Part shown: piece after piece, positions 9,424-20,866 of the stretch
Numbering within the stretch: position 1 is the stretch's first letter
Layout of the letters: each line of letters opens with the position of its first letter
DNA from: an uncultured Planctomycetota bacterium
GTDB lineage: Bacteria; Planctomycetota; Planctomycetia; Isosphaerales; Isosphaeraceae
NCBI GenBank assembly: GCA_963823665.1
Contig: CAWGMQ010000007.1
Span: 512,001 to 576,000 of the forward strand
DNA length: 64,000 nucleotides
Direction: 5' to 3'
Notes under the pieces: model-generated
Databases searched by the model: none
Seen by the model: the letters and a program-made list of their open reading frames with translations, nothing else
What the model was told of the DNA's origin: nothing
Translations under genes and position numbers: made by a program

Positions 9424-10911
9424 ATGCCCGCTCGACGAACCCTACTCCTGGCCCGCCACCTCCTCGACCGCCGCAATTTCCTCGCCCACATGGCAACCGG
9501 CATGGGCGGAATTGCCCTGGGCGCTTTACTCGCCGAGGATGGGCTCCTGGCAGCAGATGACACTTCCGAATCCAAAAAGAACACGGCCGCTCCGGGTAGT
9601 CCGCTCGCATCGAGACCGCCGCATTTCCCCGCCAAAGCCACTCGCGTCCTGCACATCTTCTGCACCGGCGCCGTCAGCCATCTCGACACCTGGGATTACA
9701 AGCCCGCCCTCTGGAAGCGCGACGGCCAGCCCATGCCCGGCGTCGAGAAATTGATCACATTTCAGGGCGAAAACGGCAACCTCGCGCGCAGCCCATGGAC
9801 ATTCCGCCAGCGCGGCCAGACCGGCAAATGGGTCTCCGACCTCCTGCCGCATCTCGCCGAACGTGTCGACGAGATGTGCTTCATCCATTCGCTGACATCG
9901 AAGACCAACACGCACGGCCCGGGCGAAATGTTCATGAGCACGGGCTTCACCCTCGAAGGCTTTCCCAGCGCCGGCGCGTGGGTCAGCTACGCGCTGGGCA
10001 CCGAGAACCAGGACTTGCCCGCCTACGTCGCGATTCCCGACCCGCGCGGCGACCCGCAACAAGGTCCCGCCAACTGGACGAATGGCTTCCTGCCGGCTGT
10101 CTATCAGGGCACCGCGTTCAACGCCGGCCGGCCAATCAGCCATCTGGCGCGGCCAAAACAAATCTCGCCCGGCGACGATGTCGCCGCCCGTGATTTCCTC
10201 AGCTTGCTCAACGATCTGCACCTGAAGCAGAACCCGGGCGACGCCGAGCTTTCAGCGAGGATCGCCGCCTACGAGCTCGCCGGCCGGATGCAGCAAAGCG
10301 CTCCCGAAGTCGGCAACCTCTCGCAAGTAAGCCCGGCGACGCAGGCGCTCTACGGGCTCAATTCCCCCAACCCGCTCACCGCCGCCTTCGGCCGGAACTG
10401 TTTGCTGGCGCGCCGTCTTCTCGAGCGCGGCGTGCGATTCGTCACGCTCTACAACGGTGCCTTTGCCATGGGCGAAGGCGTGCTCAACTGGGACGGCCAC
10501 CGCCGCATCCAGTCCGATTACAACCGTCACGCCCCGATCCTCGACCAACCCGCCGCAGCCCTCTTGATCGACATGAAGAGCCGCGGCCTGCTCGACGACA
10601 CCCTGGTCGTCTGGACCACCGAATTCGGCCGCATGCCGACATTCCAGAAGGGAACTCAAGGCCGCGACCATAACCCGAAAGGCTTCACCGCCTGGCTCGC
10701 CGGCGCAGGCGTCAAGCGCGGCTTCAGCTTCGGTGCAACCGACGAATTCGGCTATCAAGCCTTGGAAAACGTGGTCGACGTCCACGACTTCCACGCAACC
10801 ATCCTGCACCTGCTCGGCCTCGATCACACCAGGTTGACCTACAACCACAACGGCACATCCCGCCGACTCACCGACGTGCACGGTCACGTTATCAAGGACG
10901 TGCTGGCGTAG
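9424..10911 (+). CDS. DUF1501 domain protein (Tat-exported, sulfatase-like)
   Basis: DRRNFL twin-arginine motif, [47 protein letters not shown]. Confidence 0.93.
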   Translation: MPARRTLLLARHLLDRRNFLAHMATGMGGIALGALLAEDGLLAADDTSESKKNTAAPGSPLASRPPHFPAKATRVLHIFCTGAVSHLDTWDYKPALWKRDGQPMPGVEKLITFQGENGNLARSPWTFRQRGQTGKWVSDLLPHLAERVDEMCFIHSLTSKTNTHGPGEMFMSTGFTLEGFPSAGAWVSYALGTENQDLPAYVAIPDPRGDPQQGPANWTNGFLPAVYQGTAFNAGRPISHLARPKQISPGDDVAARDFLSLLNDLHLKQNPGDAELSARIAAYELAGRMQQSAPEVGNLSQVSPATQALYGLNSPNPLTAAFGRNCLLARRLLERGVRFVTLYNGAFAMGEGVLNWDGHRRIQSDYNRHAPILDQPAAALLIDMKSRGLLDDTLVVWTTEFGRMPTFQKGTQGRDHNPKGFTAWLAGAGVKRGFSFGATDEFGYQALENVVDVHDFHATILHLLGLDHTRLTYNHNGTSRRLTDVHGHVIKDVLA

Positions 10912-10915
10912 CAGT

Positions 10916-13100
10916 TCAATTCCCAAACTCTTCCTGGACGGTCGACTTATCATCGACCAGCACGAACGACTCGAACTTGGCCGTGAATGTTCTCTTCGAC
11001 AAGTTCGAGGCGCACAGCCCGACTTTCACCTTGGACGGATAATCCAGCGTGAAGTCATGGAAAACCCCCAGGCTACGCCCGTCATCAAAGCTGAACAGAC
11101 ACGTGAACTTATCCCCATTTCGCACGACGAACAGGATCATCGGCGCTTTCGGATCGCCGGGCAGCGGGATATAAGCATATGCGATCTCCTGGCCGTGGCG
11201 CACCACCTCGACCAGAAGCTCGCGGTACTGCAATACCCCCTTCGCCCGGCAGGCTCGCTCCAGCCGCAGGAAGTTTTCTTTGTCTTGATAGATCAATATC
11301 CCGGCGGACTGGTGGCAGATCCCAAGGCTCCGCCCCCGCGGATCCTTGATCGCATCGAGCCCCGGATTGATATCGCCGCTCACCTCGACGAACGCCGCGA
11401 AATCGCCCACGACCTCCGCGAGTGTCCGAGGCGCGTTGTGCACCGGCTTCTTTTGCTGCGTCTGCACCTTCGGCGAAAGGCTGAAGGCCTGATTCGCCGG
11501 AATCGAGATCGTGACCAGATGCTTTCCGCGATCCTTCGTCAAGCTGCATTCGTTCTCTTCCTTCGAGCCGGCTTTCTCGACGAGCGGCCCGAGCTTCGCG
11601 AGGCTCTTGCCTTCAAGACGGTTCCGCAGCTCCTCGATTCGACCGCCGTCCGAGATCGGCCCTTTCTGAACTGGCAGAAGCCACGACCGCGGCGGCGAGA
11701 GAATCGTTTTGCCTCCTTGGTCCACGTGCGAAGTTTGGATCAGTACTTTGCGTGCATCGGGGCCATTCTGCCCCAACGAGACGTGAATCTGCCCCTTGGC
11801 CATCCCGTTCTCGACGCTGAGATCGGCCGACGCGGCTCCTTCGATCGCCGGCCAGCTTCCGTCGGCAAGCGGGGCAGATGTTCGCCCCTGTGCCGGTGCA
11901 ATCAACACCTTCACACTCTTGATGCGCCGGTTCGGGTCGACGAGTTGGACCTTCACTTGCAGCTCGGGCGTCGGCGAGTTGTCCGTCATGTTAAAAAGCC
12001 GCATCGCCCCCACTCGCCCCGCCAGCACCCCGCGCAAGTCAGCCGCCGGAATCGCAAAGCCGATGTTGGCACCTTCCAGCTTCGCAACGGCCACTCCCAG
12101 CAGCCGCCCCTGCTCATCAACCAGTGGTCCCCCGCTGTTTCCCGGATGCAGCGCTCCGTCCAGCTTGAGCGAGACAAGCTGCCCATGCTCGTCGTTCATC
12201 AGGCTCGATATCGTTCCCCCCGCAACCGAGATCGGCGGGTTCCCCTTGTTGAGGTTGAGCAGATCAGCGTACGGAAACCCATAAACCGAGTATTTCATCT
12301 GTAACGACGGAACGGTCGGAACCGCCGGATCAATCGGCTTGACCGCCTTCTTGAGCCCTCGCACCCGCAAGATGGCCAGGTCGTGGTTCAGCTCGCGCGA
12401 GTAGTCCATCGCCACGATCTCCGCCGGCAGCGACTCCTCAAACGCCGGTCCCTGCCCGCTGCGGAAAACCGCCGTGATGTCGGCTTTCCCGCCGTCATCC
12501 GTTTCCGCATCGGCAACGTGCCGGTTGGTCGCCAGCAGAACCGCGTCTTTCTCGGCCCTGATCACAAACCCGCTGCCGCCGCCGATGAGCATGCCGTGAC
12601 TCGAGAGCTTCAGGTAAACCGTGGCGTCTTCGAGCGCCTTCTTGCGCCGCGCCGCGGCGTCCGCGTGTTCTTGCTCGATCGTGACCGGCGGCGGCACCGG
12701 CGGTGGCACCGGAGTGCGGTCCGGCGGGGGGATGACCTCTTGTTTCACTTCAAGTTGCGGCTTGTCGCTTTGCCTGGATGGGATGCGCACGACCACGACT
12801 ACCAGAAGCAAAGCGCAAACCCCGCCGATTCCGATGGCCGCGTAAACCGCGGGCGAAGTTGCGCATCGGCTCGGGTTGTGCCGATCGTCGTGTGGAGGCC
12901 AGCGGCAGCGGCCGAACGGCGGCCGTGCGATCTTCTTCGAGCATCGCCGCGAGCGTCCCCGTCGACTGCGCCGCCCCGGATTTCGGGGCCGCCACGAGGA
13001 ATGGTTGATGACATCCCGCACACTTGACGCGCTGACCGCGCATCGCTTCAGGAAGCGTGCCGCGTTTCTCACAGAATGGACAGGTGACGGGAATGCGCAT
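10916..13100 (-). CDS. zinc-ribbon/TM/trypsin-like serine protease with C-terminal beta-sandwich (DUF1349-like); frameshift near 12870
   Basis: CPFC..CAGC N-terminus, GSGFVI, TNRHV, DLAIL, HPGNSGGPL triad motifs. Confidence 0.85.
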
Positions 13101-13349
13101 CACACACCTCCTCGATGATCCTCGGGCGACTCTTGGTCGAACCAACACGTGATATGGCTAGGTACGCACCGGTTCGAGATTCCTTTCGCCGTGATGTGCG
13201 GAAGTCGGAAAAAAAGCTGACGGTGACGTCAATGTCAGCGCGTGGCGACGGTAGCACAGCCGGAGCCTCGCACCGCCTTCCGATTTTCAGTAAGCTTTCG
13301 AGAGGTTTGACCTATCAGAAAGGAAAGCAGCTTTCGGAGGGCCAGCTCA

Positions 13350-14058
13350 ATGGCGGAACCAGAGCCCGCGACTTGCCCGCGCTGCGGCGCCCCACTCTCG
13401 GCCGACGGCCCGGCCGGACCCTGCCCGCGCTGCCTCGTGGCTGACACCCAGGCTGAGAAGGCAGAAATCCCACCCGTCAGTCCGTCATCCCCGAAACGGG
13501 CGCGCCGCAAGCCGATCCTGCTTTTTGCAGTCGCGGCCGCCGTGCTCGCCGCGGGTCTCTGGTTCGGTCTCAGGTGGGCGCGGCAGCAGCCTGACGGCGC
13601 CGGAGTCCTTCTCAACCGCGGCGCCGACTTGCGTCGCGAGGGGAAGCTGGACGAGGCGATCGCCGCGTACCGTGAAGCGATCCGCCTCAAGCCCGACTTC
13701 GCCTACCCGTACGACAACCTCGGCACCGCCCTACGAGCGCAGGGGAAGCTGGACGAGGCGATCGCCGCCTACCGTGAAGCGATTCGCCTCGATCCAAAGC
13801 GTGACTACGACGAAGCCCTGGTGCTTTCCCGCAAAAGGGCGTCGAGCTCAAGGCAGAGGAGGGAAGCGCCTACCGGACGCTGGCGCTGGTGCACCGGCAG
13901 CAAGGTGACAAGGACCAGGCCCGCAACTGGTTCGACAAGGCCGTCGCGTGGACCAAGGAGAACGCCCCGAGAACATCGGCCTGCGCCAGCTCTGGACCGA
14001 AGCGGCCCAGTTGCTGGGCCAGCCGGGGCCGGAGGCCGCCGCCGAGAAACCGCGTTGA
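13350..14058 (+). pseudogene. TPR protein made of kinase-type N- and C-termini without a kinase domain; frameshifted
   Basis: CPRCG..CPRCL start, TM segment, 102-bp repeated GKLDEAIAAYREAIRL, C-terminal GDKDQARNWFDKAVAW in a shifted frame. Confidence 0.6.
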
Positions 14059-14127
14059 GTGACGATCGACGGCTCGCCGAACGGCAAGGAGCATCACCGC
14101 ACCGAGCCGGCTCCGACGTGATCTGCT

Positions 14128-14152
14128 GTAGGAGGGAGCTCCGTCTCCCGAC
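14128..14152 (+). repeat. GTAG-type REP-like element
   Basis: gtaggagggagctccgtctcccgac: GTAG foot plus gggag/ctccc hairpin. Confidence 0.45.
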
Positions 14153-14339
14153 CCGATCACATGATCTGCCCTATATTCCGGCTATTACGCAACCGGGCGG
14201 GAAACCTTACAAGGCCACGCTGGTTTTTGCGGGGCATTGCGGTCGTGCAATGGCTGCCCCGCGATCCTAGTCGTCTTGATAATTACCTTTAACGGTACGA
14301 CCGTGGCCTGAGAAGCTGGCGAGGCAATAAGGAAACAAT

Positions 14340-14781
14340 ATGCCCAAGCAATCAAAGGCAGGTAAGATGATCCGGCAGATCCGCAGGCGATGGCCCTGCG
14401 ACGACGGCGCTGGACCTGGAACGCCTCAGGGAGACAATGCGCCGCGCTGTCCGAACGGACGATATACCGGAGTTGAAAGGAACTGAAGCTCCGGTCTGCC
14501 GCGACGCGTCGGGCAATCTACCCGTAAGACGGCTAGGACCGATGCGTCGGGCCATTTTGGAAGCGCTCGACGATCACAAAATGACGCGATACGAATTATG
14601 GAAGAAGGCCCGCGCCCATTGCGGCACGCTGTCGCGGTCGGCAGTCCATGAATATTTAAGGGGCGCCAGGGACATTGGGGTCGAATACGCCGAAGCCTTG
14701 ATGATGGCTGCAAATTTGAAAGTCGTTGGACAAAGCCGGGCCAGACCGAAGGGACCGAGCGCAGGTCGCCTGAAAGCGTAA
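14340..14781 (+). CDS. orphan paralog of the 8891-9373 antitoxin (frameshift near 14380)
   Basis: [51 protein letters not shown] align with 8891-9373. Confidence 0.75.
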
Positions 14782-14789
14782 CGCTATTT

Positions 14790-14865
14790 TCTCCGGGCAG
14801 AGGCCCTGCGCTGCATTGGCAGGTATTTCCTGCCCACAATCTGGACAGCGCTCATTCTCCGCCAT
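14790..14865 (-). pseudogene. N-terminal stub of a Ser/Thr kinase following the ECF sigma gene
   Basis: MAENERCPDCGQEIPANAAQGLCP resembles [11 protein letters not shown] (start of kinase at 20712); breaks off after ~25 codons. Confidence 0.65.
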
Positions 14866-14951
14866 CAGAAAGCCCCCTGCGCAGACTTCGGGTGGACCGC
14901 TTCCCCCCAGTACGCATCGTTGCGGAAAACCTTACAGCGCCATCACGGAAT

Positions 14952-15689
14952 TCATCGCCGCATTGCCGCGAACAGGTCGCGGATCTCGTCATCGATCTGC
15001 GCCGGGTCGTCAAGCGTGGCGGCGATCTGGTCCTTGAGGATCTCACGGTAACGCTTGCGGAGCTGATGGGTTGCGCCGTGCACGGCCCCCTCGGTCGTTC
15101 CCAGCCGTTCGGCCAGCGTTGCGGCCGAAACAGCTCCGTTGCCCTCGGTCAACACGACCTTGAGATGCGCGAATGCTTCGGCTCGGCCGGATTCGGCGTA
15201 TTCGCCAGCCAGCAGGTCGAGGACTCGGCCGAGCAGCGTGACGGCCCAGGCACGCTCGAACAGCCGGTCTGGCGTCATCGTGTCATCCGGCTCGAATCGG
15301 TAACGGCTTTCTGCGTCTTGCGCGTCGATCGAGATCAGGCCGATTTCGCCACCGCGCTGAATCGCCTTGGCGCGGCGGTGCTCGCTGATCAGGAAGTGTT
15401 CGCAGTCGGTTCAAATGAAAGAGCGAAAGCGTCCCTTGCGAGGGTCGGCCGCGGCGAGCACCGGCTTCTCCAGCAGCCGGGCGAAATAGCTCTGGGCCAA
15501 GTCCTGCGACTTCTCGGCGTCGTTTCCTTTCCGTCGGATGAACACATAGATGGGGTACCAGTACGCCGAGCACAACTCGGCCAGGGCCGACCGGGCTTCG
15601 GGCGTCGCCAGATCGGCCGCCGCGACGACTTTGCTCCATCGAGTTGATGGGAACTCCGATGGCGCACCGTTTGGACTGGGATTCACCAT
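14952..15689 (-). CDS. ECF sigma-70 factor (planctomycete kinase-associated type); frameshift near 15412
   Basis: FPSTRWSKV, LCSAYWYPIYVFIRR, KGRFRSF, FERAWAVTLL, LRKRYREIL. Confidence 0.9.
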
Positions 15690-15961
15690 GAGCGTCTCCA
15701 CCATACTTGAATGCCGTACGGCGCACGAACGACGCCGGGACGGGATTTCTGAGATGGCGATCGGGTATTGTGCCGGCATCATTGCCCGTTCACGGTCATC
15801 GTTCAGCGTATCGCCTTCGATTCGCCCGAACAAGAAACTTATTCGGGCGGGCTAAGATACAGGAATCTCGCACGTTGATCATAGTGGCAAGACCGCATTT
15901 TCTGCGTGGATGGATGAGACGACGGACGGATTATCCTCGTTCCAAAGCAAGGAGCTGTCCG

Positions 15962-16330
15962 ATGAAGCTCACGGCCGAGTTCGACCCTGATTTCGTCGCC
16001 GTGCCCCGGCCCAAGTGCCGGCGGATTCGTATCTGGCGGCTGGTGATCCTTTCCGCGCCGCTGGCCGCTCTCGCGCTGGCATTCGCAAACACGAATCCAG
16101 CGCCCGGCTCGCCGATGATTGCGCAGGCCCTCGTCCCCGCACCAGCGCGCGTCGGCCTGTCCAATTTGCAGGCAGGATCGGACTCGTCGCTCCGGTTGAC
16201 GGCGGTGCCCGGAGACCATTTCATCTGGCTGGCCAGTCCGGCGATTGATCCTGAAATGGTTCATGTTGCACCGAAAGGGATCGACGAGGAGATGGTCATA
16301 CCGGCCAGCGATGGGCGGGCGCCGCGTTGA
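15962..16330 (+). CDS. hypothetical protein
   Basis: aggag RBS, TM segment, repeated IDPEMV/IDEEMV. Confidence 0.55.
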   Translation: MKLTAEFDPDFVAVPRPKCRRIRIWRLVILSAPLAALALAFANTNPAPGSPMIAQALVPAPARVGLSNLQAGSDSSLRLTAVPGDHFIWLASPAIDPEMVHVAPKGIDEEMVIPASDGRAPR

Positions 16331-16446
16331 GGTGAACTGTGACTTCCGTTCGCGCACCGATCGTCTTTTCCGTCCCGCTCTTGAGAGTGGATAACGCGGG
16401 GGCTGATCATAATCGGTTCAGGAGGCGGATCAGCGGCCTTCGCCAA

Positions 16447-16959
16447 TTACCCATTCTGACAGTAACGTGCCGCCGCTCCGGGTCGAACCACAAATCGAGA
16501 TTGTTGTTTAGAAATGCCGGAAGTCCCAGCAACGGCACGCGGGCCCGGCGAAACCCTTTCGTCCTTATAGACGGCAATTCCTTTGGCCATCCGCAGTTGG
16601 CACGGCGGCCGGTCGCTGGCCATGTCGAGTTGGCCGGGAATGTTCGGGTGTAGCCAGACTGTCGCACGCTGGAGGGTTGCGGCCTGCCTGTTGATCTCGA
16701 TCTCCCCAAGGACCACCAATAGTCTCGGGTCGACCCCTGCCCAATCACGAAGTTGCTGCTCGCGCAGAGAGAAGTCGAAGTTGTTCCCTGTGTCTAGCAG
16801 CGCGGGAAACCTCGGAGTCTTCTCGTCCGGCTCGTGGACCCCGGCCAGGCTTACACTCAGCCACACCAGAACCTGGTCCCGGTGGAGCGTGATGTATCGA
16901 TCTCCGAATCGTAGCGACGCGCGCTTCTCGGGAATCGGCAGTCGGTCGAGGATCTTCAT
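16447..16959 (-). CDS. retropepsin-like aspartyl protease family protein
   Basis: FPALLDTGNN motif; C-terminal PLLGLPAF is in a shifted frame near 16545. Confidence 0.75.
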   Translation of the reverse strand: MKILDRLPIPEKRASLRFGDRYITLHRDQVLVWLSVSLAGVHEPDEKTPRFPALLDTGNNFDFSLREQQLRDWAGVDPRLLVVLGEIEINRQAATLQRATVWLHPNIPGQLDMASDRPPCQLRMAKGIAVYKDERVSPGPRAVAGTSGISKQQSRFVVRPGAAARYCQNG

Positions 16960-17411
16960 GCGGGTTCGGCGGGAGTTTCATGCGTCGCTTCGTAAAGCGA
17001 CCAATCGGATTCGAACGTACCCCAGGGAGGAATCCCGTCCGGATCAGCTTCCAACTTGCCGACGTAGAACTCCTCGTGTTTGAGTCCCCGGCGGAAACAC
17101 TCCTGATAGGCGTCGACATCCGACCGAGTAATAGCCACTCGCTCGTCGCCGTGGTATGCCGCCCACTTCTTCCGATACCGTTTGATTTTCAGGAGCTCCG
17201 GCAGGTCTCGCCAGAACGCCTTCTGCGATTGAAGCACCAGCGGTGGAATCTCCGAACACGGCTCCCTCGCGGGTCGCTCCTGCACCGCCGCGAGGCGCGC
17301 GTACACGTCGGCCCGGACCAAGACATAGGAATCGTGTGTCAAGGGATCGATTATTCGCACTGGCTCGCCGTGCGCCACTGCCTGCCGCTGCTCGGGGTCG
17401 AGTTCGATCAT
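16956..17411 (-). CDS. DUF5678-like protein coupled to the protease gene
   Basis: AFWRDLPELL, KWAAYHGDERV, YQECFRRGL; 4-bp overlap with the downstream gene. Confidence 0.7.
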   Translation of the reverse strand: MIELDPEQRQAVAHGEPVRIIDPLTHDSYVLVRADVYARLAAVQERPAREPCSEIPPLVLQSQKAFWRDLPELLKIKRYRKKWAAYHGDERVAITRSDVDAYQECFRRGLKHEEFYVGKLEADPDGIPPWGTFESDWSLYEATHETPAEPA

Positions 17412-17472
17412 CGACGTCCTCCACCATGATCGTATCGGAAAATCAGGAATGAAACCAGATAATACGACTCCT

Positions 17473-20400
17473 CTACTTAATCACATTTCCAAGCTTCGCC
17501 TCGATCATCGTCACATCGTCCAGCAACACAAAACCCTCGAACGTCGCGGTGAACGGCGTGGCCGAAATATTGGACGCTGAGAGGCCAATCTGTACCTTCG
17601 CGGGCAGGTCCATTTCCACGTGCATGCTTGGCGCAAGCGGAGCGGTCAGATCAACGCTCGCCGTACAGATTACGCGCCCCTGGCGCCGCATCACGATCAA
17701 ATACAGCGGGCCGCTTGGCGGCGCAGATATCCTTTGAGTCTCGGCCGGATTGCCGTTCTTCACGACTTCAAGCAAGACCTTATGACTCGGCTGGATCGAC
17801 CCGAGACTCACGCGTGCCGATCTCTCGAACCGGACGAAGTTGTCCTTGTCCTGGTACAAGAGCAAGCCTGCTCCTTGCACGGTCGCGGAGACGGTGTTGC
17901 CTTGCGAATCCTCCGGCGGAGTGAGGCTGGGACTCATCTCCCCAGTCACTTCGACAACGGCGGCGAAGTCGCCATCGACATCGGTCAAGATCATCGGGGC
18001 ATTCTGGAGCGGCTTCGTATTGTCCAGCGGCGAGACGATGTCGCGATCGAGGGTGTGCAACTTGTTGCCGGGGATCTCAATCGCGAACGTGTGGCTCGCT
18101 TCGTCCTTCTTGAGGACGCAATCTTTTTCGGGATCGATCATTTGTCCCAGCAGGGCAAAGCTCGCGTGTCGGCCGCCCTCTAGAATTCGCTCCAGAGACG
18201 CGCCGATCGGATAGAGCCGGCCAGGCTTGCGCCGCAGGTAGTACGCCTGGGGCTTCGAGCAAACAATCTGGCCGCTCTGGTACCGCTGCGCTGTCTGAAT
18301 CAGGCACTGCGCCGCGCGTGTGCTCTGTCCGCCCAGGATGAGCGGGACACGCCCCGATGCGGATGCCGTATTCGGGTCGTGCGCAAGCTCAATGCCTTCC
18401 GTATTGCGGAGCGACGGCCATGAACCATCGCTGTAAGGAGTGGCCGGCTCGCCATCGGCCGCGCCGGCAACATGCACCAACACAGCCTTCACCTGACCCT
18501 TGGGGTCGACGAGCTCGGCTTTCACGCGAAGTTCCGCTTTTCCTGGAGCCGCAGATTCAAGCGAGACGTCGAGAGCACCCACGCGCCCGGACAGCGCACG
18601 GCGGACCTCGTCGGCCGGAATCAAGAACCCGAGGGATTCGTTCGACCCGGCCTTGGTCAATGCCACACCGATCGATTCACCCGGCTTGCCCGCTTGGCTG
18701 ACCGCGACACCGATCAGCGTGCCGGTCCGTTCCTCGACGATCGGGCCGGCGCCATCACCCGCGGCGAGGCCCTCGTCGATTCGAATCGACGTGAGCCCAC
18801 CGCGCTCGCCGCGCAGCAGCTCCGTTATCGCCCCGCGGACGACCGCGATTGACGGATTGCCCTTGGCATCCGTCGCCGGCTTCCGCAGGCTGACCGACGC
18901 GCTGCCCGCGCCCAGGTAGGTCATGCCCACCGTTGGGTCAAGGCGATTGAGCACGTTGATCGGCAAGGGTGGGTGCTTCACGCCCTTGACGATCAAGAAG
19001 GCCAGTTGTGTGCCGAGGTCATCCGACCGATCAACGGCGATCAAACGCGCAGGCAGCGTTTGCTCCTGCGCAGGCCCCTGGCCGCTCAGGAAGAAGGCCT
19101 CGATCTCTGGCTTGCTGTCTGCTTGCGGACGCAGTTTGGCATTTGCCTCCGGATCGAGCGCCGCGACGCGCCGGCTCGTCACCAGCAGCACGGAATCTCC
19201 GGTGACCTCGATCACAAATCCCGTGCCGGCTGCGAGCGTCTTGCCCCCGACCTGGTTTCTCAGATAGACGGTCGCTTCCTTGATCCGGCGCACCTGGTCC
19301 GCGACTCGCTCAAGCTCGGCCCGTGCGACCTGCTCGGCCTTCTGTGCCCGCACGGTCTGCTCGTTCGCCAGTTTCTCGGCCTCGAGCGCCCGGTTTCGCT
19401 CGGCCTGGGCGGCGAGCTCGGCCCGCGTCGCGCGGAACGCCTGCCAAAGGCTGACCGCCGTCGCCACCACCAGCAGCGCGGCAAACGCCGCGGCGGCGAT
19501 GAGCCACGGCCGGTATTTCCGGGCGAACTTCCGCAGACGGTAAGTGGTCGACGGCGGCCCGGCCTCGACGGGATCACCCGCCAGGTAGCGCTGGATGTCG
19601 CGGGCCAGAGCGCTCGCGGTCTCGTAGCGGCGCACGCGGTCTTTCTCGAGCGCCCGCATCGCGATCCAGTCCAGCTCCCCGCGCACCAGATCGAGCCAGC
19701 TTCGCCGGCTCCATCTTCCGCTGCGCCGAGATGGTGGCAAGGGAGTCTTTCATCTCGCTCAAGCGTGTGCTCGGCCTGGGGGTGTCGTCATCGCGAATCC
19801 GCCGCAGGATCTCGATATAGGCGGCTTGCCGCAGCCGGGCTCGCTGAAGCGGCGTGCTGCCGGTCAGCAGCTCGTAAAGAACCACTCCCAGCGAGTAAAT
19901 GTCGCTGCGCGAGTCGATGTCGAGCGCGCCCATCTCGGCCTGCTCGGGGCTCATGTACTCCAGCGTGCCGACGATCTGGCCAAACTGGGTGAACATCGTC
20001 CGCTCGGTCAATCGCTGGTCGGTCGCCTTCGCCACACCGAAGTCGATCACCTTGGCCACCGGCTTGCCGTCGTAGAGCGTCACCAGCACGTTCGACGGTT
20101 TGATATCGCGGTGGATGATTCCCTTCTGATGCGCGTGCTGGATCGCGTTACAAACCGGGATGAAAAGCTCCAGCCGCTCTTTGGGAGTGAGTTGGTTGCG
20201 GTCGCAATACTCGGTGATCGGAACACCCCGCACCAGTTCCATCACGAAGTACGGGCGGCCAACCGCCCCCCCTTGGGAAGGGGGGGGGGGTGGCGCCGGC
20301 ATCCAGCACCTTGGCGATGTGCTGGTGGTCCATGAGCGCCAGCGCCTGGCGCTCGGCCTCGAATCGGGCGATCACCTGCGCCGTGTCCATACCGGGCTTG

Positions 20401-20712
20401 ATGATCTTGAGGGCGACCCGCCGTCGAACCGGCTTTTCCTGCTCGGCCATGTAGACGACGCCCATGCCGCCCTCGCCGATTTCCTGCAAGAGCTTGTACG
20501 GGCCGATGTGTGACCCGGGACCTTCGGTAATCGAGTGAGGCGCTGTTGAATCCCGATCGCCGCGCGGAACTGGCGGGCGCCCCATCGCCGTCTGACGGAC
20601 TCGCGGCTTCGCGTTCGGTCGGCAGCTCCAGCAAACCCGTGGGCGCATCAACCGGCCGGGCGCTCGGAGGTAGTTCCCGGCCGCAGGATGGGCAGCGCTC
20701 GTTGTCCGGCAT
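17473..20712 (-). CDS. Ser/Thr protein kinase with TM, degenerate trypsin-like and beta-sandwich domains; frameshifts near 20600, 20290 and 19690
   Basis: [40 protein letters not shown]-terminus paralogous to 10916-13100. Confidence 0.9.
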
Positions 20713-20866
20713 CAAAAACCCCCGTTTGATTCTCGCACGGACCGAAGCCGATGCCACTATCTGAGCATAACCCGGGAACAGCTTCACCGAAACCAATTTG
20801 CTTGGATCTTGCGATTCCGTGCCCACCGCGTGATAGTTGCGTCATTCGCACGAACAAAAACCGGAG

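Noticed and set aside
11057..12304. Long antisense ORFs (also 32052-33113, 33924-35438, 37574-38860, 45472-46692)
   Set aside because: Shadow frames of real genes in high-GC DNA, with no recognisable motifs.
13640..13790. 102-bp direct repeat
   Set aside because: Encodes two 34-aa TPR units.
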